From: a virus
Lineage: Duplodnaviria; Caudoviricetes
Virus record (IMG/VR): IMGVR_UViG_3300016265_001297
Coordinates: 11,864-75,863 of that record
Length of the DNA stretch: 64,000 nt
Reading direction: 5' to 3' (one strand)
Shown: positions 17,051 to 24,365 of the stretch, one piece after another
Position numbering within the stretch: the first letter of the stretch is position 1
Layout of the letters: each line of letters begins with the position of its first letter
Translations under genes and position numbers: made by a program
The notes under the pieces: model-generated
What the model was told of the DNA's origin: nothing
The model's database searches: none
Seen by the model: only the letters and a program-made list of their open reading frames with translations

Positions 17051-17449
17051 ATGATTGATGAAATGTTTGATAAAGATTTTCATACTGATTTCATAGTCAA
17101 AATCCATAACTATATTAGTTATGACGAAACTGAAGAGTTAGTTTCGTATGATATTGATATTGTAAAATGTTGGCAGGAAATATTTGTGAACGATGATGAA
17201 GCAATAATGTTTATGAAAGAAGTAGGAATCCTAAATAACCCAAAGAAACTTTTGGCAACAGTTTTGGGAACAAAGATTATGAGGATAATGGAAAAAGAAG
17301 TCAGGCGCACAACGGATTCTCAAAATCCTATTACTGATAGAATAATTGAAATGATATATGTTTTGATTATTGATGAAGTTTCTTCCGCAAGCATAGACTT
17401 TGGAGAAAATAAGAATCTAGTTTTGGAGGTAGAAAATGCCAACCTATGA
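17051..17449 (+). CDS. Hypothetical protein
   Basis: SD GGAAAGGA. Confidence 0.65.
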   Translation: MIDEMFDKDFHTDFIVKIHNYISYDETEELVSYDIDIVKCWQEIFVNDDEAIMFMKEVGILNNPKKLLATVLGTKIMRIMEKEVRRTTDSQNPITDRIIEMIYVLIIDEVSSASIDFGENKNLVLEVENANL

Positions 17450-17648
17450 ACAAATAAAAGATTTTAGCCAAGATGAGTTTTTGATAAATGAAATCAAAAA
17501 CTTTTTTGAGAAAAAAGGAATCTGTTATAGGCACGAAGTAGATAAATGGTCCACCAGATTTCTTATAAATCATTTTATTGAGATTTATGAAGGCGAAATA
17601 GAAGATTTTATTCTTCAAGTAAATATCAAAAAAGATTTCGCACAATAA
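17436..17648 (+). CDS. Hypothetical protein
   Basis: SD GGAGG. Confidence 0.65.
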   Translation: MPTYEQIKDFSQDEFLINEIKNFFEKKGICYRHEVDKWSTRFLINHFIEIYEGEIEDFILQVNIKKDFAQ

Positions 17649-17664
17649 AATAGGAAAGGAAAAA

Positions 17665-17967
17665 ATGAATAACTCAATTTATAATCTGATTACTTATTGC
17701 GTAAATGATGCGTCTGGAAGTAATGATAAAGAATATGTTGGCATAAATAGTTTTCAGGCATCAGAAATCATTGACGGTTATGTAAAAATTGATTGTAGCA
17801 AAATAGTAGAAGAAGTTTTTGACAAAGTAGAATATATTGATTCTAATAGAGAACAACTAATTGATATTCTAAATAATATGGAAATAGCAGAAGTTTTTGA
17901 CGCAACATTATTTTCAGAAGATAATGAGCAAATAATAGGCGCAATAACAATAAGCAGAACCCGATGA
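17665..17967 (+). CDS. Hypothetical protein
   Basis: SD GGAAAGGA. Confidence 0.65.
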   Translation: MNNSIYNLITYCVNDASGSNDKEYVGINSFQASEIIDGYVKIDCSKIVEEVFDKVEYIDSNREQLIDILNNMEIAEVFDATLFSEDNEQIIGAITISRTR

Positions 17968-17986
17968 AAGACTTATTCGTAGAGTT

Positions 17987-18017
17987 TTTTCCCAAGTAGT
18001 ATTCTGGCTGGTATGAT
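17987..18017 (+). promoter_or_regulatory. Early promoter TTTTCC-N19-TATGAT
   Basis: Same register; leader paralogous to 16582-16645. Confidence 0.6.
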
Positions 18018-18086
18018 CGCGGGTGCGCGGGTGAATCACCACAACGGAACGCCCGAGGATACAGAAAAACAGGAAAGGAAAAGTAA

Positions 18087-18314
18087 ATGCCAGAACTACA
18101 TCTAAAAACCAAAACCGGAACTGAAAAGTGGATTCTGGATGAGTATTACAGAATCGGGCCGAAAACCGGAAAACTGATTGATTATTCTGTAACCCAACAA
18201 ATAATCGAAAACCCAAACGGTATTTTGGAACACAAATATCGTTTGGAATTTGTTTTCCAAAATGACCAAGAGGAATGGTCATACGGAATGTTGATAACCG
18301 ATTGGTTGTCGTAA
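18087..18314 (+). CDS. Hypothetical protein
   Basis: SD ACAGGAAAGGA. Confidence 0.65.
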   Translation: MPELHLKTKTGTEKWILDEYYRIGPKTGKLIDYSVTQQIIENPNGILEHKYRLEFVFQNDQEEWSYGMLITDWLS

Positions 18315-18330
18315 ACAGGAAAGGAAAAAA

Positions 18331-18480
18331 GTGGAAAAAAAGGAAAAAGAGTACAGCGAAAAAGAAGTCAAAGCAGTAGCGCAAGTTATAGCGGATATAA
18401 CAAAACTAGACCCGAATAAAAATTTGGCAAAAGTTTACGCGAAAAGAATACTTGACGCGATTAGCGAAAGCCAAAACTAA
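18331..18480 (+). CDS. 49-aa hypothetical protein (GTG start)
   Basis: SD ACAGGAAAGGA; MEKKEKEYSEKEVKAVAQVIAD. Confidence 0.55.
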   Translation: MEKKEKEYSEKEVKAVAQVIADITKLDPNKNLAKVYAKRILDAISESQN

Positions 18481-18496
18481 AAACAGGAAAGGAAAA

Positions 18497-18691
18497 ATGT
18501 TTACAAGAGGCGAAAAATGGGATGTTCTATTCGCAATAAAAGGCGAAATAAATAAGTGTAATACAAGGATAATAACCCTTGACCAAAAGGATTCAGAAAG
18601 CCTTATCGCTTATTACGAAGAACAAGTCGAAAATCTAAAACGGTTAGCACAAAAGATAGAAGATTCTCCTACGATATGGGAGGAAAGGTAA
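18497..18691 (+). CDS. Small coiled-coil protein
   Basis: SD ACAGGAAAGGA, ATG 18497. Confidence 0.65.
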   Translation: MFTRGEKWDVLFAIKGEINKCNTRIITLDQKDSESLIAYYEEQVENLKRLAQKIEDSPTIWEER

Positions 18692-18885
18692 TGCTACACG
18701 AAAATCAAATACCAGAGCCAGAAACTCATATGGTAGAACTTACCTATTATGAGAAATGTTTAGTCCAAAAGATATTGAGAACATATCAATATCTAATGGA
18801 AAATCCAGAATCAGAACTAAAAATCACAGAAGAGGCTCGCCAAGCAAAAGACATAGAAAGAATAGTAAAAAGGATGGGGATATAA
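18691..18885 (+). CDS. Small protein (LT..E family)
   Basis: VELTYYEKCLVQK; TAATG coupling. Confidence 0.6.
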   Translation: MLHENQIPEPETHMVELTYYEKCLVQKILRTYQYLMENPESELKITEEARQAKDIERIVKRMGI

Positions 18886-18887
18886 AA

Positions 18888-19007
18888 ATGGAAATCCTTG
18901 CCTTTATCTACAAAGCAATAATGCTAACAATAACTGTTAGTGGTATTGCTTTTTTGTTATTTCTATCGGTTATTTGGATGGTAGAAGATTATAAGGAAAG
19001 GAAATAA
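18888..19007 (+). CDS. 39-aa membrane peptide
   Basis: MEILAFIYKAIMLTITVSGIAFLLFLSVIWMVEDYKERK. Confidence 0.55.
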   Translation: MEILAFIYKAIMLTITVSGIAFLLFLSVIWMVEDYKERK

Positions 19008-19008
19008 A

Positions 19009-19215
19009 ATGGCTTCAAAAAGAATCATAAAACAATACGCAAATAACAGAATCCTGATGGAAGAAATAAAAGAGTGGATATATGATTGCGGATATGGTGA
19101 TATGAAAACCATAAACGCACATTCCAACCTTCATATTGTAAGGTGTATGGATAAAGAATATGCGGGAGGAATAGAACAGTTCATAATAGATTGTGACCTA
19201 TTAGAAATCGCATAA
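19009..19215 (+). CDS. Hypothetical protein
   Basis: SD GGAAAGGA; YAGGIEQF motif. Confidence 0.65.
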   Translation: MASKRIIKQYANNRILMEEIKEWIYDCGYGDMKTINAHSNLHIVRCMDKEYAGGIEQFIIDCDLLEIA

Positions 19216-19216
19216 A

Positions 19217-19274
19217 CTATATGGTATGGTGAGCGATAAATCTATATGGTATGGTGAAAGGTATATGGTATGGT
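19217..19274 (+). repeat. Three direct repeats of TATATGGTATGGT
   Basis: Copies at 19218, 19243 and 19262. Confidence 0.85.
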
Positions 19275-19509
19275 AAAAGAAATAATGATAATGGCAAAAG
19301 ATAGTGATGGTGAGATAATCGAAAAAGAAAATCAGATTGATTATCTTGACATTATAACAAAAGTTACAATCTATTTTGAGAAATACATAAAAAATGCCGA
19401 ACAGAAAAAGATTGATAAGTTTATTGATGAACTATTGATAAACGGTTCAGCAAACTGTATTTCAGAAAACAATAGAAGAATGATTGAGGCAACAGCAATA
19501 AAAGCGTAA
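19270..19509 (+). CDS. Hypothetical protein (start uncertain)
   Basis: ORF track; followed by a terminator. Confidence 0.5.
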   Translation: MVKEIMIMAKDSDGEIIEKENQIDYLDIITKVTIYFEKYIKNAEQKKIDKFIDELLINGSANCISENNRRMIEATAIKA

Positions 19510-19533
19510 AAAAGAAAAAAATAAAGGGAATCT

Positions 19534-19560
19534 AGGCCGAATATATGTTCGGTCTTTTTT
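19534..19560 (+). terminator. Intrinsic terminator
   Basis: AGGCCGAA-TATATG-TTCGGTCT followed by T-run. Confidence 0.75.
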
Positions 19561-20020
19561 TATGGGAAAATCGCCCCACCTAAGAAAAACCTATAAATAT
19601 TACCTATAAACTAACTATAAAAGACCTAAAACAAAACACACCGTATATAGCGTAAAACAAATAGATACTTACAGAATAACTCCATATATGGAATAAAAAC
19701 AAAAATAACCAATAAAATAAATAAAACCTTTCAGTTTATAGCAATAATCAAAAGAAAAAGACAATATCTTGCTGAGTTATCTAATCTTTCAGAAAAAATC
19801 TTTTGTTCAAACCAAAAAGAAAAAAGAAAAAGTTTGCGGAAAAAATAAATAAATAAGACATAAACTAATACGAAAGGCATAACATAAGGCAAATAAGATA
19901 TAGAAAAAAATATTCAAAAAGTTTATACTCAAGTTTTATTCGGCGTGATAGTATATGTTTATAGCCAAAGAATAAACCGAGGGCAAAATCTGCCCCGGTA
20001 AAAAGAAAGGAAAAAAGAAA

Positions 20021-20203
20021 GTGATAACTATTACAATCACAGAAGAAGAAGTAGAAGTAATCCAGAAGGCTATGTGGAAAGAAGAAGAAGAAATAGATTG
20101 GATTATTCAGAGTGAAAGATTCACTAACAAAGCAACAATAGAAGCACAAAAGGAAAAGAAAAAAATAAATAGCATTAGAAATAAAATCTGGCAAGCACAA
20201 TAA
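20021..20203 (+). CDS. Small coiled-coil protein (GTG start), last early gene
   Basis: TAGTAT -10 at 19949, leader hairpin, SD AGAAAGGA; ITITEEEVEVIQKAM. Confidence 0.6.
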   Translation: MITITITEEEVEVIQKAMWKEEEEIDWIIQSERFTNKATIEAQKEKKKINSIRNKIWQAQ

Positions 20204-20410
20204 AAAAAAGAAAAAATAAATCAGAAAGAAAAAAAGAAAATGAAAAAATAAATAATAAAAAAAATAAATAAGAAAAAAAATAAAAAGAAAAAAATAATAA
20301 TAAACATAAAACAAAACAGAAACAAACATAAACAACAACAAAGACTAACAGCAAACAGAAACACCTAACAACAATAAGAAAGAATAATAAGAAAGTGAAA
20401 GAATATATCT
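20204..20410. repeat. About 200-bp low-complexity A-tract region
   Basis: + strand mostly A, with sparse T/G then C. Confidence 0.9.
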
Positions 20411-20412
20411 GG

Positions 20413-20429
20413 CCCGCCCGCCCCCGCCC
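20413..20429 (-). other. G-quadruplex-forming motif GGG-C-GGGGG-C-GGG-C-GGG
   Basis: + strand reads CCCGCCCGCCCCCGCCC. Confidence 0.7.
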
Positions 20430-20465
20430 TGCCGCCATAGCCTACCACATTCTGAGCGTCCGTTG

Positions 20466-20481
20466 TGTGAGATTCGTCACA
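20466..20481. promoter_or_regulatory. Perfect CRP/GlxR-type box TGTGA-N6-TCACA
   Basis: TGTGAGATTCGTCACA; overlapped by inverted repeat TCACATA-N7-TATGTGA (20477-20497). Confidence 0.65.
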
Positions 20482-20550
20482 TAACGAATATATGTGAAAC
20501 TTACCGGACTCCTAACAGTTTCCTAACATTACTTTGATACTCTCTCCGGT

Positions 20551-20901
20551 ATGAAGTCCAACAGCGCAGAGAGCGCAGCCGGGAAGACCGGCCAACAGTC
20601 AGCCCGAAAGGGAAACAGCCGTCCCGCTCCGGTAATGAGGAAGCGGGGCAGGCCGAAGGGAAGTACCGATCAGTCCCGCGAGGCCGACCGCGCCGAGTTT
20701 CTGGCAGCGGTAGAGAAGGAGGCCGCGAAGGGTCCGGGGTGGATTGACGAGGCGGTAGAAGCCGTCCAGTCCAGCCGGGAAGGACGGGGCAAACCCCGGT
20801 ACACCGAGTCCAGCCTACGCCAGACGCTGACCGCCTGGGGTCGTGAGGCCGGGTTCACCATCCAGCGCCACGAAGAAGGTTGGGCCGCCGAGAAGCGGTA
20901 G
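20551..20901 (+). CDS. GC-rich, probably leaderless AT-hook DNA-binding protein
   Basis: RKRGRPKGS AT-hook; about two-thirds GC; TACTCT -10 ends 7 nt before the ATG; no SD. Confidence 0.7.
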   Translation: MKSNSAESAAGKTGQQSARKGNSRPAPVMRKRGRPKGSTDQSREADRAEFLAAVEKEAAKGPGWIDEAVEAVQSSREGRGKPRYTESSLRQTLTAWGREAGFTIQRHEEGWAAEKR

Positions 20902-20916
20902 CCCGTCCTCGACGGT

Positions 20917-20954
20917 GGGGTAGCGGTCGGGGTGGAAACGCTCCGGCCCTACCC
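20917..20954 (+). terminator. Long GC hairpin with GAAA tetraloop (no U-tract)
   Basis: GGGGTAG-C-GGTCGGGGTG-GAAA-CGCTCCGGCC-CTACCC, with three G-U pairs. Confidence 0.5.
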
Positions 20955-21264
20955 TATAGCTGTTCATAATTTGTCCCTGAAGTTTCGATATTTTCGTTAG
21001 TAGTTTTGATTCATTTGTGTTATAGGTGAAATCGCCCTATGTAAATAGCGGTTTGGCCCCTTAAAAAATGAGTTTTGCCTTTTAGCAAAGACCTATCTTT
21101 CTAGTGATTTACCCTATGTAAATATATATAATATACTAGGTTTTGAGTATTTTGTTAGTAGTTTTGTGTTAAGATGCTACTGTTTTTCTCAAAAATCGCC
21201 CTTAAAACTCTAAGCTTGTCACCATTTGGCTATGTAAATGCTTTATTTGGCTTATTATTGTCTA

Positions 21265-21346
21265 TGCTAGGGGTAGGAATCGAACCTACATAGCCTGCGG
21301 CGACAGATTTACAGTCTGCGGGACTCACCACCTGTCCAACCCTAGC
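21265..21346 (-). tRNA. tRNA-Tyr(GUA)
   Basis: GCTAGGG/CCCTAGC acceptor, CT-GTA-AA loop, long variable arm, GGTTCGATTCC. Confidence 0.92.
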
Positions 21347-21490
21347 TTGTTTTTGAGTAAATCTTCTCTTAGGCGCTTTCTCAGAGCTTTCTATGGCTTA
21401 ATTTATATTTTAGAAGCTGCTTCTTTAGAAAATTGCCTGTGGGCCGAAACCATCACAAAAATCACTCAAATTATTAGTTAAAACCTTTAG

Positions 21491-21778
21491 TTATTCCTCG
21501 TCAATTTCTTCTAGGTCTTTTTCCCATTTAGCGTGTAGCTTTTCACTGTATTTACCGAACTTATCAAGTGAGTTTGAAGGAACTGCTTTTGCATTATTAA
21601 GTTGGCTTGCTAGTCTTTCGGCCTCTTCTTGATTAATACCTAGAGGGCTTTGTAGATATACTAGCTTATCTTCATTTGCATGGCCCTTTCCACCAACTAC
21701 TGACCACCTTTCAATATCTGGAAGGCTTTGCGGCTTTACAGCCTTTACTCTAAATGCTGATACTTTCTTTTTGCCCAT
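21491..21778 (-). CDS. Hypothetical protein
   Basis: Co-oriented ORF in the minus-strand block. Confidence 0.65.
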   Translation of the reverse strand: MGKKKVSAFRVKAVKPQSLPDIERWSVVGGKGHANEDKLVYLQSPLGINQEEAERLASQLNNAKAVPSNSLDKFGKYSEKLHAKWEKDLEEIDEE

Positions 21779-21779
21779 T

Positions 21780-22016
21780 TTAAGAGTGACAGTAGCTAAC
21801 TAGTGCGGTAACAACAGGATTAGTTTCTGCTGAGTACGCTACGGATTCTACTATAAAAGGCTCTTCATCAACCATAATGTAATCTCCTTCGCGTGGCACA
21901 AATCCAAAATCTACATTTTCTCTTACTACGGCCTCTTCGCCTTTTGCTCCAGCTTTAATTAGCCCACCGTCATAAAGGCTAGTTAGCGGAACATTGTTTT
22001 TAGTGTTAGTAAACAT
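21780..22016 (-). CDS. Hypothetical protein
   Basis: SD GGAAAAGGTG; FVPREGDYIMV motif. Confidence 0.65.
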   Translation of the reverse strand: MFTNTKNNVPLTSLYDGGLIKAGAKGEEAVVRENVDFGFVPREGDYIMVDEEPFIVESVAYSAETNPVVTALVSYCHS

Positions 22017-22112
22017 TAATCACCTTTTCCTTCTTTGGTTTTAAGGCAACGCAAGACGCGCCACCAATAAAGACTGTATCACGGAGAATAAATTCTGTGC
22101 AAAAACTTGTAT

Positions 22113-22325
22113 TTAAGACTTTTTCCTTTCTTTTAGGCCCATACCAGCCCCTCCGTTAGTGCCTCCCTTTACTTTGCCAAAAATTGAAGACTTAGAATAG
22201 TCCCTTTTCATTGGAATTTTACAGTTTGGGCAATTTTCACTGTATTTTTCTACATTAACTAGGCTGAAAAAGTAAAAAGTGTCTTTATGCCCACATTCGT
22301 GGCAAATCATATCATAGATGGGCAT
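22113..22325 (-). CDS. FmdB-family zinc-ribbon protein
   Basis: MPIYDMICHECGH...CPNC...MKR. Confidence 0.8.
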   Translation of the reverse strand: MPIYDMICHECGHKDTFYFFSLVNVEKYSENCPNCKIPMKRDYSKSSIFGKVKGGTNGGAGMGLKERKKS

Positions 22326-23065
22326 TATTTCTCCTGTGATTCCTTAAACTCTTGTAAAAATTCGTCAAACAGCATTCCGTTCCTAGTAAAGCCAAAAGCC
22401 TCTAGGGTAGCGTCAAAATCTCCGGTTTGCTTTACTAATCTTAGCATATCGTTGGCGATATTTTGAATTTCTAACTGAGCTTCTTCATCGGCCCTAAGAT
22501 TTACAAAATGAGCAAAGCTTCTCCAATTAAACATTACATCAATCACAATCTGACCGCCATAAGGAAGAAAAAACCTAGCTGATTCTTTTGCTCTTTTTCT
22601 TCCAAGTGAAGGTTCAAGCTTTTCAATGGCTTCATGATAGTTTTGATAAGCATCCTCACAAAACCTTATATATGTTTCGTAAACTTCTTCTACTTCTGTA
22701 TTTTCTTTGTTTTCATTTATGTAATATTCACTGCTAGGATTCCAATCAATTGGAAGATAAACTTTATCATCCTTTAGCTCTTTATATCTAGCTGATTCTC
22801 CATTTATCGAAACACCTATTCGATGTTTTAAAAAGTGAATATGGGAAGCCGTATCGCAAGTTACAAGAAAATGTAGTGAGGATTTTTCAAATGGGGTATG
22901 ATGCCCATTTTGTGCTAGAAACTTAAGAAGATTAGGAATCCTTTCCTCTTTTTCTTCATCTAATTCTCTACTGGTACTAGTCCAAGCAGAAAGAGCATGA
23001 GTAAGATCGCCACCATAGTAACCCATAAGCTCAACTTTGTTGGGCTGAAAGTTACTCTTCATCAA
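22325..23065 (-). CDS. thyX: FAD-dependent thymidylate synthase
   Basis: GHHTPFE, KHRIGVSINGESARY, ARFFLP, NWRSFAHFVNLR. Confidence 0.92.
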   Translation of the reverse strand: MMKSNFQPNKVELMGYYGGDLTHALSAWTSTSRELDEEKEERIPNLLKFLAQNGHHTPFEKSSLHFLVTCDTASHIHFLKHRIGVSINGESARYKELKDDKVYLPIDWNPSSEYYINENKENTEVEEVYETYIRFCEDAYQNYHEAIEKLEPSLGRKRAKESARFFLPYGGQIVIDVMFNWRSFAHFVNLRADEEAQLEIQNIANDMLRLVKQTGDFDATLEAFGFTRNGMLFDEFLQEFKESQEK

Positions 23066-23423
23066 TAAAGTCTTCCGGGTTAATATCCCTTAATTGTTCA
23101 ACAAAATTGTCAACAATTTCTTCGTGATCTTCTTCTTGATCAAAAACACCTTTTTCTTTTTGTGCTTTCTCAATGTTTTGCAAGGCCACTAGCCGCTTAG
23201 TCTTTTGATTCATAATTAAGTCGCCAATTTCTCGCATATTTAATTCTTCGTCAAATAAAACTGGCATCCAACTGTCAGCGATCATATCAAAAACATCATC
23301 ACTCAAAACATCAGCAAATTCTCTTATTTGTTCAAGATCAAGCCCAACTGTTCCAAACTGATAAACAATGCTATAAATTACAGCATAACTTCTAGCTTCC
23401 ATTTCATCTTTAAATTCCATCAT
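23052..23423 (-). CDS. Acidic hypothetical protein
   Basis: Overlapping co-oriented ORF. Confidence 0.65.
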   Translation of the reverse strand: MMEFKDEMEARSYAVIYSIVYQFGTVGLDLEQIREFADVLSDDVFDMIADSWMPVLFDEELNMREIGDLIMNQKTKRLVALQNIEKAQKEKGVFDQEEDHEEIVDNFVEQLRDINPEDFIDEE

Positions 23424-23611
23424 TTTGCTTTCCTAGCACTTTTTATAAATTCCAAAAAATCATAAGTGTTTTTAGCGTGTGTGCCAAAAAGATAGACTCC
23501 AAAAAGAGTAACTGGAACCCAATACTGAATTTCTAAAGCCATAGTTATACCGGCCATCATAAAAGCTACGCCTAAATCAACCATTGACTGAAAATAATAA
23601 AATCCTCGCAT
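23420..23611 (-). CDS. Two-TM membrane protein
   Basis: Hydrophobic segments; SD AGAAAGGAG. Confidence 0.65.
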   Translation of the reverse strand: MRGFYYFQSMVDLGVAFMMAGITMALEIQYWVPVTLFGVYLFGTHAKNTYDFLEFIKSARKAK

Positions 23612-23654
23612 TTTTCTCCTTTCTCTAGTAGCTTTATACTATTATAACAAACTT

Positions 23655-23750
23655 TAAAAAATGACGCGGCGTTCAGGGGAGAGAAAGAAACCCTTACTAA
23701 CCGCGCCTACTATGTACTATACAAATGAGCGGCTTACTCACGCTCGCCAA
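23655..23750 (-). ncRNA. Candidate sRNA with a CU-rich anti-SD-like loop
   Basis: TTGCAC-N17-TATGAT promoter, two hairpins, loop UUUCUUUCUCUC, U-tract. Confidence 0.45.
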
Positions 23751-23786
23751 AGCATCATATCATAGTTTTCGATCTTGTGCAAAAAC

Positions 23787-24365
23787 TTAATACTTTGCTG
23801 GATGCCTAGCTACAAATCCGCTCTTATCTCCGCTTGTCTTGTGCCATCTTGGGCCTGACCCGCCAGTTCCAGAAGTATCAAATCTGATTCCCGCTACTTC
23901 TAAATAAGCGTGTCCTGAATGAGTATAAACGGTAATCCAATCTCCCTTGCCGCTACTTCCCCAACTCATAAATGAGCCGGAAGTTAAAGGAGAAGAAACA
24001 AAGTTTCCTCCATTTAGGGCATAGCTGATAGCGCCAGAACAATCATAGCCTTCTGACTCAAAAGAACCGTGACCTCCACCATAAATATATGGCTTATGCC
24101 TTATCCTGTTTCCTGCAGCAATAACCTTTTTAACTTTTGTAGGAGCAAGTGTAGGAGCAATTGCCTTGCCGTTGACTACACTAGCTTTATAATCTGACTT
24201 AGTAATCTTATCTCCGCATAGTGGAGCTAGAGTCAATCCACCGCTTTTTCCTAAACAAACTTTTTCGCTTGCATAAGAGTCTGCCACATTTAGCAAAATA
24301 ATAGTTGTTGCTATAAACGCAGCCAAAAATATTGCGACTTTAATTTTGATTCTAGAATTTCGCAT
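23787..24365 (-). CDS. Secreted NlpC/P60-family peptidoglycan endopeptidase
   Basis: Signal peptide; PYIYGGGH, YDCSGAISYAL, GHAYLEV. Confidence 0.85.
   Translation of the reverse strand: MRNSRIKIKVAIFLAAFIATTIILLNVADSYASEKVCLGKSGGLTLAPLCGDKITKSDYKASVVNGKAIAPTLAPTKVKKVIAAGNRIRHKPYIYGGGHGSFESEGYDCSGAISYALNGGNFVSSPLTSGSFMSWGSSGKGDWITVYTHSGHAYLEVAGIRFDTSGTGGSGPRWHKTSGDKSGFVARHPAKY

Noticed and set aside
652-18384. Numerous minus-strand ORFs in the early region (e.g. 7950-8405, 17914-18384)
   Set aside because: Antisense shadows of well-supported + genes, with no SD or motifs.
19865-20438. Minus-strand Phe/Leu-rich ORFs (158 aa, 87 aa) as membrane proteins
   Set aside because: Translation artefacts of the poly-A tract.
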